A stretch of DNA of 45,213 bases, taken from NCBI GenBank assembly GCA_964529695.1, contig CAZGZO010000002.1, positions 1 through 45,213 on the forward strand. Reading direction: 5' to 3'. The first letter of the stretch is position 1; the number at the start of each line of letters is the position of its first letter. Shown one piece after another: positions 30,080 to 39,955 of this stretch. The position numbers and the translations under genes were made by a program. The DNA is from an uncultured Lentimicrobiaceae bacterium (GTDB taxonomy: Bacteria; Bacteroidota; Bacteroidia; Bacteroidales; F082). A model generated the notes under the pieces. That model was given only the letters and a program-made list of their open reading frames with translations, did no database searches and was not told the DNA's origin.

Positions 30080-31072
30080 ATGGAAAATCGAACTACATTG
30101 AAATGGGGCATTATTTCAACGGGAATTATCGCCAATCAGATGGCAGAAGCCATAAACTTTGTTTCCGGTTCCGAAATCTGGGGGGTTGGGTCAAGAAACT
30201 TGGCCACGGCTCGTGAATTTGCCCGGAAGTACCAGATTGAAAATGTATTTTCTCCTTATTCTGAACTGATAAAGCATCCGGATGTAGATATTATATACAT
30301 CGGCACACCGCATCCCTTTCATTACGAGCTAATCAAAGAATGCCTGAACAACGGTAAGCATGTGCTTTGCGAAAAGCCATTTACTTTGAATGCTAAAGAA
30401 ACACAAGAATGCATTGACCTGGCCCGTAAGAAAAAACTGTTTTTGATGGAAGCATTATGGTCGAGATTTTTCCCTGTATACACGGAAGTAAAAAAGATAA
30501 TCAGGAACGGTACGCTGGGGAAAATACATCAGATAACCGGAGATTTTATGGTTGAAAGGGCTTATGAACCGGAGCACCGTTTGTTCAATCTTGAATTGGG
30601 TGGTGGAGCATTGCTTGATATCGGTGTATATCTGCTTTCGGCAGCTCAGTTCTTTGTTGGGAAACCAGATGGTGTGTATGGTAAGGTGAGGTTTTGCGAC
30701 ACTGGGGCCGATATACTCGACAACCTGATTCTTCATTATAAGGGGGATGTTTATGCCTCGCTTGTCTGCGGTTTTACAGGGCACAAACCTCAGGAGTTTA
30801 CCATTTCAGGAACCGATGGATATTGTAAATTATCACATCCCTTTTATCATCCGGCTTCATTTGCCCTTGGTACGTTGGATGGAGAAACGCTATACCAATA
30901 TCCTATTAAAGGGAATGGATACGTTTATATGATTGAAGCGGTTCAGGAGTCTGTACTGAATGGCGAAACGGAAAATGCTGTAATGCCTCTGGAAGAAACA
31001 TTGTATCAGATGGAAACTATGGATGAGCTACGTCGAAATTGGAATTTCCATTATCCGGGGGAAAAGAAATAA
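30080..31072 (+). CDS. Gfo/Idh/MocA family oxidoreductase
   Basis: WGIISTGIIA, HVLCEKP, GGGALLDIGVY; ATG at 30080; TAAATTTG box at 29993-30000. Confidence 0.92.
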   Translation: MENRTTLKWGIISTGIIANQMAEAINFVSGSEIWGVGSRNLATAREFARKYQIENVFSPYSELIKHPDVDIIYIGTPHPFHYELIKECLNNGKHVLCEKPFTLNAKETQECIDLARKKKLFLMEALWSRFFPVYTEVKKIIRNGTLGKIHQITGDFMVERAYEPEHRLFNLELGGGALLDIGVYLLSAAQFFVGKPDGVYGKVRFCDTGADILDNLILHYKGDVYASLVCGFTGHKPQEFTISGTDGYCKLSHPFYHPASFALGTLDGETLYQYPIKGNGYVYMIEAVQESVLNGETENAVMPLEETLYQMETMDELRRNWNFHYPGEKK

Positions 31073-31080
31073 TCTTTTTA

Positions 31081-31445
31081 TCAGTTAAAATATTTATCAA
31101 TTAACTCTAATAAGTCATTGCGGTTAATGGGTTTGAAATGTAATCGTTGCACCCAGCTGCTACTGCTTTTTCTTTGGTTCCCGTCATTCCATAAGCGGTT
31201 TGTGTAATGATAATTATTTCTTTATTGAATTTAGGTATCTCCCGGGTAGCTTCGACCTTCCATTATGGGCATTTTCAAATCCATTAAGATTAAATCAAAG
31301 TCGTTATTCTTCCGACAAGCCTCAACCGCTTCACCGTTATTGGTCACAGTAATTGTCTTTTTTTTTTGCAAAATCTTTGGCTATCTTATTGATATACAGT
31401 AAAGATGCCCCGTCATCTTCTGCGATAATTACTTTTAAATTTTTT
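31081..31445 (-). pseudogene. Frameshifted response-regulator receiver domain remnant
   Basis: Minus strand reads NLKVIIAEDDGASLLYI / NGEAVEACRKNNDFDLILMDLKMPIMEG / EATREIPKFNKEIIIITQTAYGM...AAGCNDYIS / KPINRNDLLELIDKYFN* across three frameshifts. Confidence 0.85.
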
Positions 31446-31806
31446 CTCTGATTTTATGGTTTCAAGGAAAATTTTAAAAAAAGGATAATGTCTATAAAAT
31501 ATTTGGTGAATGTAATCTTGTTTATAAACAATATTTTATACTGTCAAATCATTAAATGAAAATTTAGATATAGGTATTTAACAAGGTCAGGTTCCTTGTT
31601 TCTATCCTTGGTTTAAGATATGTTTTTTATATAAATCATGATTTAAATTGAAAAACATCATTGCGAAATAGAATGAATTTCCTATTATACATCTTAATTT
31701 GCTCATGAATAGATTTGTTAATTGGTAAGTAAAACATGTTTTCTGCTAAAATGGAAAGATGTAATTTTGTAACAAGTAGGAGTTATTTTAATTTTAAGAA
31801 AAAAAT

Positions 31807-32166
31807 ATGTTTATCAAAGATTTAAATGATTGTGAAGAGTTTATGGCCGGTGACAATACCCGACTGCGTGAATTATTGCATCCAGATAAGGTTGATTTGG
31901 ATTTACGTTACAGTCTTGCTCATGCAGTTCTGGAACCTGGACTGACTTCTTATTTACATAAACTAAAAACCTCTGAAGTTTATTACATATTAGAAGGTGA
32001 GGGTGAAATGCATATTGATGATGAAGTGGAAAAAGTTGTTCCCGGTCAGGCTGTTTACATTCCGCCTGAGTCGAAACAATGTATCACAAATACTGGAACC
32101 ACTGATTTGAAATTTATCTGCATCGTTGATCCTGCCTGGCGTGTGGAGGATGAAGAAGTGCTGTAA
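31807..32166 (+). CDS. Cupin domain protein
   Basis: HKLKTSEVYYILEGEG...PGQAVYIPP...ITNTG; TAATTTTG box at 31762-31769. Confidence 0.88.
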   Translation: MFIKDLNDCEEFMAGDNTRLRELLHPDKVDLDLRYSLAHAVLEPGLTSYLHKLKTSEVYYILEGEGEMHIDDEVEKVVPGQAVYIPPESKQCITNTGTTDLKFICIVDPAWRVEDEEVL

Positions 32167-32191
32167 ATATTTTAAGATTTGAAAGAGGATT

Positions 32192-32944
32192 ATGAAAGAA
32201 GTATTGGATAATTTCTCTGCGCAGCCGGAGATATATAAAAAGTTTCGCCCTACTTACCCAAAAGCATTGTTTGATGAGGTTTTGCAATATGTTTTCGGGA
32301 GGAAATTATGCTGGGATTGCGGTACGGGAAATGGGCAAATCGCGGTTGAATTATCAAAGTACTTTGAAAAAGTCTGTGCTTCAGATTTGAGTCCGCAGCA
32401 AATTGCTCAGGCAGAAAAGCGGGAGAATATTTTTTATTCTTCGGGAAGATCTGAGAAAACAGATTTTGAAGATCATATTTTTGATTTGGTTACGGTTGGT
32501 CAGGCTATTCATTGGTTTGATATACCGGCATTTAATCGTGAGGTAAAAAGAGTGGTTAAGTCTGGCGGCCTTGTGGCTTTTTGGGGTTACAGTCTGTTGG
32601 GAGTTGATGAAGGCATCGATCAGAAAATCAACGAATTTTACTATGAAACTATTGGGAAATACTGGGATAAAGAGCGTGGTTTGGTAGATGATCGTTATGA
32701 AACCATCGCGTTTGATTTTGAAGAATTACCTGTAAACAAAGATTTGACCATCCATGTGAAATGGGATTTAAAGCATCTCGAAGGTTATCTGAATTCCTGG
32801 TCAGCGGTTCAAAACTATATGAGGGAAACGGGCAAAGGAAGCCCGGTGCCCAAACTTATCAAAGCTTTGAAATCTTCCTGGGGCGATAATGAATTTCAGG
32901 ATGTGCGATTCCCTGTGTTTTTAAGAGTTGGCCGTATAAATTAA
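32192..32944 (+). CDS. Class I SAM-dependent methyltransferase
   Basis: YKKFRPTYP, WDCGTGNGQ, DLVTVGQAIHWFD. Confidence 0.9.
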   Translation: MKEVLDNFSAQPEIYKKFRPTYPKALFDEVLQYVFGRKLCWDCGTGNGQIAVELSKYFEKVCASDLSPQQIAQAEKRENIFYSSGRSEKTDFEDHIFDLVTVGQAIHWFDIPAFNREVKRVVKSGGLVAFWGYSLLGVDEGIDQKINEFYYETIGKYWDKERGLVDDRYETIAFDFEELPVNKDLTIHVKWDLKHLEGYLNSWSAVQNYMRETGKGSPVPKLIKALKSSWGDNEFQDVRFPVFLRVGRIN

Positions 32945-32972
32945 TGCGTTATTAAATTGATTATCAGTTAAA

Positions 32973-33482
32973 ATGAAAACAAACATAGCCTTATTGAGAG
33001 GAATCAATGTGGGCGGACATGTTAAGCTGCCCATGACAGAGCTTAAATTGCTCTGTGAAAATATGGGATTCAAAAACGTTCGAACTTATATTCAAAGCGG
33101 AAACGTGATCTTTGAAAGTGACCTTCCGGAAGAGATACTGATTGAAAAACTTGAGCAGTCGTTGTTTAAAAAAATGCAAAAACAGATTCCGGTAATTATC
33201 AGATCGGTTGAAGAAATGGAGGCCGTAATTACTTCCAATCCCTTTCCGGGCGCGATTCCTTCCCAGGTAGGTGTTATGTTTTTTGTTGATGAAGTTCGTA
33301 AGAATGTACTTGATAATCTGGTTATTCCGGGTATGGAAGAGGTTAAAATTTCAAAAAGGGAAATTTATATTCATTTTCCGGATGGAATGGGACGGTCCAG
33401 ACTGAAGTTGCCTATACAAAATCAGGGAACTGTGCGTAATATCAATACGGTTTCCAAGCTGGCACAAAAGGGAAAAATATAA
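32973..33482 (+). CDS. DUF1697 domain protein
   Basis: ALLRGINVGG, VRTYIQSGNVIF, TVRNINTV. Confidence 0.88.
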   Translation: MKTNIALLRGINVGGHVKLPMTELKLLCENMGFKNVRTYIQSGNVIFESDLPEEILIEKLEQSLFKKMQKQIPVIIRSVEEMEAVITSNPFPGAIPSQVGVMFFVDEVRKNVLDNLVIPGMEEVKISKREIYIHFPDGMGRSRLKLPIQNQGTVRNINTVSKLAQKGKI

Positions 33483-33616
33483 TTAGTTCTATTGCAATAT
33501 TCCAAGTGGGAATTATCTACGTTATTTACGTAAAATGATGGTGAGAGTTGGATCTGCCACATAAGTTTCTTACTTTTACCGTGTATCTTTGTTTAATGCC
33601 CAAAACCACCTGCCAC

Positions 33617-34597
33617 ATGATTGATTTAGCATGTAATTATATGGGCCTGAAACTGAGAAATCCGTTGCTAGTCGGGAGTTCCGGCTTAACAAACGCTGTA
33701 GAGAACATTGTAGAAATTGAAAGAAACGGCGCCGGTGCCGTTGTACTAAAGTCACTTTTTGAAGAACAAATTCACAATGCTGGAGACCAGGCAACATCAA
33801 GGGGGACAGCGCTTTATCAGGAGTCGGAAGATTACATCAGGAATTTCTCACGCCCCGATGATTTAAAAGAATACTTTGACTTGATAAGCAAGGCAAAGCA
33901 GACGGTAGCCATTCCAATAATCGCATCTATTAATTGTATCACTGATTCAGGATGGGTATCTTCCGCAAAGCAAATAGAAGAAGCCGGTGCTGACGCACTG
34001 GAGTTGAATATTTCTGTATCGCCATCTGATTCCGAAAAAGGAGTAGCTGAAAATGAAAAGATTCATTTTCAGATTATAGAAAAAATTCTGAAGGAAGTAA
34101 CCATTCCCGTGGCTGTGAAAGTCAGTTATTATTTCACAAATCTGGCCAAAACGGTCCAGGAGCTTTCACAAACAGGAATAAAGAGCATGGTGTTGTTCAA
34201 TCGATTTTATTCTCCCGATTTTGATATTGAGCGTGAGGAAGTTAAAACAACTTTTGTTTTTAGTACTCCTTCTGATATTGCCATTTCTCTTCGTTGGATA
34301 GCCATGTTATCACCTTTGGTAAAATGTGATTTATGCGCATCCACAGGTGTTCATGACGGGACAGGACTTGTTAAACAATTATTGGCCGGCGCAAGTGCTG
34401 TTCAAGTTGCTTCAGTACTTTACAAAAAAGGTTTTATGGAGATTGCCACCCTAATAGATTATCTTGAAAACTGGATGGACAGGCACGGATATACTTTGAT
34501 AGAAGATTTCAAAGGTAAATTGGCTGGATCCAAGCTAGTGAACCCAGCTCCAAACGAACGGGTTCAGTTTATGAAACATTTCTCAGGTATTGAATAG
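33617..34597 (+). CDS. Dihydroorotate dehydrogenase-like flavoprotein
   Basis: YMGLKLRNP, VVLKSLFEEQI, ASINC, LELNI, LFNRFY, STGVHD; ATG at 33617 follows a TATCTTTG box at 33584-33591. Confidence 0.85.
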   Translation: MIDLACNYMGLKLRNPLLVGSSGLTNAVENIVEIERNGAGAVVLKSLFEEQIHNAGDQATSRGTALYQESEDYIRNFSRPDDLKEYFDLISKAKQTVAIPIIASINCITDSGWVSSAKQIEEAGADALELNISVSPSDSEKGVAENEKIHFQIIEKILKEVTIPVAVKVSYYFTNLAKTVQELSQTGIKSMVLFNRFYSPDFDIEREEVKTTFVFSTPSDIAISLRWIAMLSPLVKCDLCASTGVHDGTGLVKQLLAGASAVQVASVLYKKGFMEIATLIDYLENWMDRHGYTLIEDFKGKLAGSKLVNPAPNERVQFMKHFSGIE

Positions 34598-34632
34598 CCA
34601 GCCGAAAAACCGGTTTCCCCAATTTTCATTTA

Positions 34633-35244
34633 TTAATCTTTAAGAATCATCTTCAGAATTTTGATGTGTGGCTTCAATTGCTGCTTCACCGATGGCTGCA
34701 TCTGAATCTTCCTGACCACATTCATTCCTTTAATAACTTTTCCAAATGCAGCAAATCCTTGTCCGTCAGGATTCCGATTTCCCCCAAAATCCAAAGAGGG
34801 TTGGTCTCCGATACAAATAAAAAATTCACTAGTGGCGCTATTAGGTTTGTCTCGGGCCATCGAGATGGTGCCATTCAAATGATGTAACCCCGTCATAGCA
34901 GTTGTTTCTAAAGGAATTGGTGGTAACATTCTAGGATCGTTATCATTAAACAAACCACCTTGGATCACTTGAATTTTAACCTTGTTGTGAGGTTGGTTTT
35001 GCATGGTCACCGTACGATAAAAACTAGCCCCTTTATATCTGTTTTCACGAATGTACTTTTCGAAGTTAGCAACAGTTATCGGGGCCTTGTCGGGGTATAG
35101 TTCCACAGTAATATTACCCAATGAAGTTTCTATAATAACAATAGGCTCTTTTGATTTCAAACTCTTCTGTTTTGCTTTTGAATTTTGCCCTTGAAAAGCA
35201 AAAAGTGCTGATATTAAAATTGTTAACAGGGTGGTCCTAAACAT
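34633..35244 (-). CDS. Exported cyclophilin-type peptidyl-prolyl cis-trans isomerase
   Basis: Signal peptide; APITVANF, FYR, VIQGG, GTISMAR, SATSEFFI, FAAFGKV. Confidence 0.92.
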   Translation of the reverse strand: MFRTTLLTILISALFAFQGQNSKAKQKSLKSKEPIVIIETSLGNITVELYPDKAPITVANFEKYIRENRYKGASFYRTVTMQNQPHNKVKIQVIQGGLFNDNDPRMLPPIPLETTAMTGLHHLNGTISMARDKPNSATSEFFICIGDQPSLDFGGNRNPDGQGFAAFGKVIKGMNVVRKIQMQPSVKQQLKPHIKILKMILKD

Positions 35245-35369
35245 AATATGATTATTTTTTTTGCTAAAATAACATTAATATTGAGCATGTTTATCTTTTA
35301 CTGGGAGAAAGGAAAATGCAATTTGGCATGATTTTGGGATTATTTAGGCTAAACATAAAGGAGGGAAAA

Positions 35370-35957
35370 ATGAAAAAAAGAGCATCATATATTATGGGTT
35401 TTGTGCTTATTTTTTCTTTTTTGTTACCGAGTGTTGGTATGAGTCAGGGGAACCATTCAGTGAAAAAAGAGAAAACGAAAATTGAGCACGCTAAAAAGAA
35501 AAAGCTAAAAATATCTGATAGTAAGACTCGTTCTTATTATTCAAATCTGTTGCAAAAGAAGGATTTTGTATTTGCAGCTGATTTTGTCAGAACTGATGAA
35601 GGCCTTACATTCTTTCTTGATCCTTCAATCAATTTCATATCCGTTGTTGGTGATACAGCAACATTTCAGTTTGGTAAAAATGGGGCCTTGGGTTGGAACG
35701 GCGTTGGAGGGGTTACGGCACATGGAACAATAGTTAGCTATAAATATTCTGTTACCAAAAAACAAAAAATTATGACGGTTACTGCCGATGCGAATTTAGT
35801 TGCCCCGGTTTTGCCTCCTCATTTTATACTATATGTTTCTGATGATGGAACAGCCCAGCTTGTGCTAAATCTTCCAAAGGGAGGTAGGGTAACTATGACC
35901 GGCCGTATTTACTCTCCTCAAAATTCAGGGGTTTTTGAAGGACAGAGTGCGTTTTAA
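35370..35957 (+). CDS. DUF4251 family exported protein
   Basis: Signal peptide from ATG 35370; FVFAAD...INFISVVGD...GWNGVGGVT. Confidence 0.75.
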   Translation: MKKRASYIMGFVLIFSFLLPSVGMSQGNHSVKKEKTKIEHAKKKKLKISDSKTRSYYSNLLQKKDFVFAADFVRTDEGLTFFLDPSINFISVVGDTATFQFGKNGALGWNGVGGVTAHGTIVSYKYSVTKKQKIMTVTADANLVAPVLPPHFILYVSDDGTAQLVLNLPKGGRVTMTGRIYSPQNSGVFEGQSAF

Positions 35958-35975
35958 TTTTTAAAATACAAAGCC

Positions 35976-36560
35976 ATGAAAAAAGCAATTAAATTATTTC
36001 TGACAATTCTTCTAAGTACTATTATAGTGGTACCAGCTCTTGAGGCCCAAAATGTAAAGACTAAAAATAAGAAGATGACCCGACAGGAAAAGAAAGAGAT
36101 GCGCTTGAAAGCTTCCTTGCAGTCTCGAAAACATTATTTGCAGTTGTTACAACACAGACTCTTTGTTTTGCAGGGTGATCAATTATATGGCAGAAATGGA
36201 TTTTCTGTACCAGTTTCCCCATCGCTGAATTTCCTAGCTGTAAAAGGGAATAAAGTAATTTTTCAGTTCGGATTGGATGGTGGGTTGCCTGGTCCTAATG
36301 GGGTGGGGGGAGTAACAGCCGAAGGATTTCTGGGACATTATTCCCTAAAACCGGGTAAAACAGAAAAAAAAGCAATGACTGTTACAGGTTACATACAACC
36401 AAAAGGTGCAGGTAACTGGATACCTTTCAGACTTTCTGTAGGAAACGATGGGAATGCTAATTTGTATATGAATTTACCTTTCGGTGGAAGTGTTTCGATG
36501 TACGGTCGGATTGTAGACTATGCCCACACTTCTGCTTTTAAAGGCTTTACCATGTTTTAA
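35976..36560 (+). CDS. DUF4251 family exported protein (tandem paralog)
   Basis: Signal peptide; FVLQGD...LNFLAVKGN...GPNGVGGVT. Confidence 0.75.
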   Translation: MKKAIKLFLTILLSTIIVVPALEAQNVKTKNKKMTRQEKKEMRLKASLQSRKHYLQLLQHRLFVLQGDQLYGRNGFSVPVSPSLNFLAVKGNKVIFQFGLDGGLPGPNGVGGVTAEGFLGHYSLKPGKTEKKAMTVTGYIQPKGAGNWIPFRLSVGNDGNANLYMNLPFGGSVSMYGRIVDYAHTSAFKGFTMF

Positions 36561-36568
36561 TAATGAGA

Positions 36569-37879
36569 TTATTTCCCGTGCATCCATGACTTAAGAATAC
36601 GAATCGCCCGCTCTTTTTGCCTTATGGGAAGATTATTGATGCGTGTGAAATGGCTTCCCCCTTTTTTTACAAATTTTACGCAATTATTTTGATAAGTCAG
36701 GTTTACGGAGGTGGAACCCCAGGGATCGGAACCACCTACTAAAAACATCATATTGTGGGCTTTGTGCCTGATAAAACAATCTACCCTGTCAACTACCGTG
36801 GGGTCAAATTTAATATGAACTCCTTTGGGTAAAGTGAACATAAAATTGGGATCCTTCTTGAAAGTTGTCCACTGCTTAAACGGTTCAATATTATATCCAT
36901 ACATGCCTTCCTGATGCATGGCTTCATAGAAAAACGGTTCAAATTTCTTGATTCCTTGATCCGAAACCCAGGACATGTCAGCCACTTTGTTCAGATTACT
37001 GATCATCTTTTCAGGAGCTGTGCCTGGTTTAGGAACAGAATCACAAGGAGTTTTTCCCCATTGCCAAAAGGCAAAACGATATTCGAAGGTCATCATCTGT
37101 AAAGCTTTATCAAATCCGCCTACTTTATGATAAGTATATCCCAGTTTCTTTGCCAGTTTTTCAAAGTATGGAAGATATTTTGGCCTGTGACTTAGGATCT
37201 CTTTCTGGTAATTAAAAATTTGTTTTTTGCACTGCTTTGATCCAACGGAGTCTATAAACATGTTGATCCGTTTGTCGGTGTCGGAAAAGTTCAAAGGTGC
37301 TACGTAGGCCACGGTAGCAACGACATCTTTTGGAAAATAATATCGGTAAAATATGGCGGTTTGTCCACCCTTGCTAATTCCTGTTGCTAACCATTTACCA
37401 TGATAAATATTCTTTAACAAAAGCGCCACTTCGTGATCGTCTTCTGCTGCTTGTTTTATTGTTAAATATTTCCACTCCAGGGTGTCCGGTACAGATGGCG
37501 GGAAAAACCTGTGTTCAACTACTACCTGGTTTGCATCCAAAATGGGGCATAATTCATTGACATATTTCGGTTTCTTGGCAAAATTGGCCCAATATCCATC
37601 GGTTACAAAAACTACAGGTTTGTCAATACCCTTATTTGACAAAATAATCCTTTGGTTAAAACTTTTTCCGTTTGGGTGATTGTGATCCAGTGGCTGCTTA
37701 AGATATATGACATATTTCTGCGTAAAGAAAGAATCCACTTTCATTTTATGAAAAGTGATAGGCCATGTTTTAGCCAGTTTTTCTAATCGCTGCTGAAGGG
37801 TTTGTGCATGAATCATTCCTGCAAAAAGCAATGAAAACGCAATCAATAAAATTTTAACGGAAGTAGTTTTACGTGACAT
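36569..37879 (-). CDS. Exported serine peptidase of the S37/S28 type (PS-10/tripeptidyl aminopeptidase-like)
   Basis: QPLDH, VEHRFF, TGISKGG nucleophile, YVAP, DPW; TAATTTTG box at 37897-37904 on the minus strand. Confidence 0.82.
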   Translation of the reverse strand: MSRKTTSVKILLIAFSLLFAGMIHAQTLQQRLEKLAKTWPITFHKMKVDSFFTQKYVIYLKQPLDHNHPNGKSFNQRIILSNKGIDKPVVFVTDGYWANFAKKPKYVNELCPILDANQVVVEHRFFPPSVPDTLEWKYLTIKQAAEDDHEVALLLKNIYHGKWLATGISKGGQTAIFYRYYFPKDVVATVAYVAPLNFSDTDKRINMFIDSVGSKQCKKQIFNYQKEILSHRPKYLPYFEKLAKKLGYTYHKVGGFDKALQMMTFEYRFAFWQWGKTPCDSVPKPGTAPEKMISNLNKVADMSWVSDQGIKKFEPFFYEAMHQEGMYGYNIEPFKQWTTFKKDPNFMFTLPKGVHIKFDPTVVDRVDCFIRHKAHNMMFLVGGSDPWGSTSVNLTYQNNCVKFVKKGGSHFTRINNLPIRQKERAIRILKSWMHGK

Positions 37880-38032
37880 AACCAAAAATTTTCGAACAAA
37901 ATTAATTTAATTTCTATAGCATTTACGGTTGATTACAGCAATCAGGCTAAGTAAATCCCTGAATTTACCACCTATATGTTCATGTTTAATGAAGGTTTGT
38001 ATCTTTGATTCCATAGAAAAAAATTAACCTGT

Positions 38033-39229
38033 ATGTCAAAGAGAACGATAGTAACAATGCCTGGTGACGGCATAGGCCAAGCCGTCCTGAAAGCTGCTCT
38101 CCGTGTGTTGGATGCAGCCGGATTTGAAGCCGATTATGTAGAAGCTGATATCGGTTGGGAATTCTGGAAAAGGGATGGAAATCCACTTCCGGAACGTACC
38201 ATTGAGCTTATCAAAAAGCACAAAGTTGCCTTGTTTGGGGCTATCACTTCCAAGCCCAAAGATGATGCTGCAGCAGAGCTGAATCCTGAACTCCGGGATA
38301 AAGGTTTTGTTTATTCATCACCTATAGTAAACTTACGGCAGCATTTCGGATTGGATGTTTGCATGCGCCCTTGTCATAGTTACAAAGGAAATCCGTTGAA
38401 TTTCATCCGGCGTGGCGGCGATGGAAATATCGAAGAACCGGCCGTGGATGTGGTTATTTTCAGGCAGAATACTGAAGGCCTTTACAGCGGAATCGAATGG
38501 TCCAATCCTCCGGAAAATGTACTTGAAGCCTTTAAAAGCCATCAGAAATTTAAAAGCCGTTTTGGAAATGTTCCTGGAAATGAAATTTCCATTTCTTCTA
38601 GGATTTTTACAAAAGAAGCTGTGGGCCGTATTCTCAAAGCTGCTTTTCAGTATGCCCGTGATTTTGGTTATAAATCAGTAACGGTATGTGAAAAGCCAAA
38701 TGTGCTTCGTGAAACTTCAGGAATGATGTACAAGATGGCCAAAGAAATGCAGGAAACTGATTATCCCGAAATCGAATTGTGGAATACCAATGTGGATGCA
38801 CAAATGATGTGGCTCACGAAAAATCCTGAAAATTATGGTGTTATCGTAGCGGGAAATCTGTTTGGTGATATTATTTCAGATGGGTTTGCCGGATTGATTG
38901 GAGGCTTGGGATTTGCCTGCTCCGCTCAGACTAATCCTGATTCCGCGATTGGTGTTTTTGAGCCCACACATGGTTCTGCTCCTAAGTACGCCGACTATCC
39001 TGTCTCCATTGTTAATCCTATCGCTATGATTGAATCGGCATGCATGATGCTTGATTTTATTAATGAGAAAGAGATTGCAAAGAAAATTAGAAATGCTGTG
39101 GCAAAAGTGGTTTCAGAAGGGAAAGTCCGCACTTATGACATGTTGAAAATGAGCGGCAGGGCAGATGTTGTAGAAAATGGTGCCGCCTCTACTGATGAAA
39201 TGGCTGATGCCATTATCGCAAATCTTTAA
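38033..39229 (+). CDS. Isocitrate/isopropylmalate dehydrogenase family protein (homoisocitrate dehydrogenase-like)
   Basis: PGDGIG, YSSPIVNLRQ, MRP, RQNTEGLY, EKPNV, NLFGDIISD, FEPTHGSAP; TATCTTTG box at 38000-38007. Confidence 0.88.
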   Translation: MSKRTIVTMPGDGIGQAVLKAALRVLDAAGFEADYVEADIGWEFWKRDGNPLPERTIELIKKHKVALFGAITSKPKDDAAAELNPELRDKGFVYSSPIVNLRQHFGLDVCMRPCHSYKGNPLNFIRRGGDGNIEEPAVDVVIFRQNTEGLYSGIEWSNPPENVLEAFKSHQKFKSRFGNVPGNEISISSRIFTKEAVGRILKAAFQYARDFGYKSVTVCEKPNVLRETSGMMYKMAKEMQETDYPEIELWNTNVDAQMMWLTKNPENYGVIVAGNLFGDIISDGFAGLIGGLGFACSAQTNPDSAIGVFEPTHGSAPKYADYPVSIVNPIAMIESACMMLDFINEKEIAKKIRNAVAKVVSEGKVRTYDMLKMSGRADVVENGAASTDEMADAIIANL

Positions 39230-39247
39230 TAAATAATTAGAAATCAA

Positions 39248-39279
39248 ATTGCGGCGGTTTCTCCAGAAGCTGCCGCAAT
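39248..39279 (+). terminator. GC-rich hairpin between the dehydrogenase and HD genes (terminator or mRNA-stability element)
   Basis: ATTGCGGCGGTTT...AAGCTGCCGCAAT stem with G-U pairs, followed by ATTTT. Confidence 0.5.
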
Positions 39280-39299
39280 ATTTTGAAAATAAAAATATC

Positions 39300-39848
39300 A
39301 TGAATAACGAGGTATTACAACTCTGGCCTGAACTGGAGTGGATTCAGGATTCTTCATTGCGAGAAAAAACTGCTACCACCTGGGAAATTGCCCTGGAAAG
39401 AAGTGTGCTTACGGTTGATGACTTAAACCGAATACCATTTACCTTGCTTGCAGGTCCAGATTTGAAAGTCACTTTTATGGAGCATAAACGTTCTGTAGTT
39501 CATATTGCCCGTGCTGCAGGGGAAAAAATCAACGAAATGTATCATGGGGAACTTCCTGTGGATATGGATGTTTTGATTTCCGGAGCTATCCTTATTGATG
39601 TTGGAAAGTTGTTGGAATATGAATTGGATGAAAACGGAAATGCCATTCAGGGCAGATATGGAAAATATCTCAGACATCCATTTTCAGGCGTAAGCCTTGC
39701 CGAAGAAGCCGGTGTCCCCCCGCAAGTCTGCCACATTATAGCAGCCCATGCCGGTGAAGGCGATATGGTAAAACGCACTACTGAAGCTACCCTTGTGCAT
39801 CATGCGGATTTTATGACTTTTTTGCCTTTTAAGGAGAGGCTTAAATGA
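39300..39848 (+). CDS. HD-fold phosphohydrolase-like protein (HD dyad reads ID)
   Basis: MEHKRSV...GAILIDVGK...RHPFSG...AAH...HHADF; ATG at 39300. Confidence 0.82.
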   Translation: MNNEVLQLWPELEWIQDSSLREKTATTWEIALERSVLTVDDLNRIPFTLLAGPDLKVTFMEHKRSVVHIARAAGEKINEMYHGELPVDMDVLISGAILIDVGKLLEYELDENGNAIQGRYGKYLRHPFSGVSLAEEAGVPPQVCHIIAAHAGEGDMVKRTTEATLVHHADFMTFLPFKERLK

Positions 39849-39888
39849 GTTCATAAATTGAACTAAAGTGACTTAAGTTAATAAAGTT
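39846..39888 (+). repeat. Degenerate 9-bp tandem repeats (left flank of the four-helix-bundle gene)
   Basis: TGAGTTCAT-AAATTGAACT-AAAGTGACT-TAAGTTAAT-AAAGTT. Confidence 0.7.
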
Positions 39889-39955
39889 GGGGGTAGATCC
39901 TATGTTTTTCACCATATCTCATTTTACTGCGACTTAGTTTCATAAAGGTAGGATT

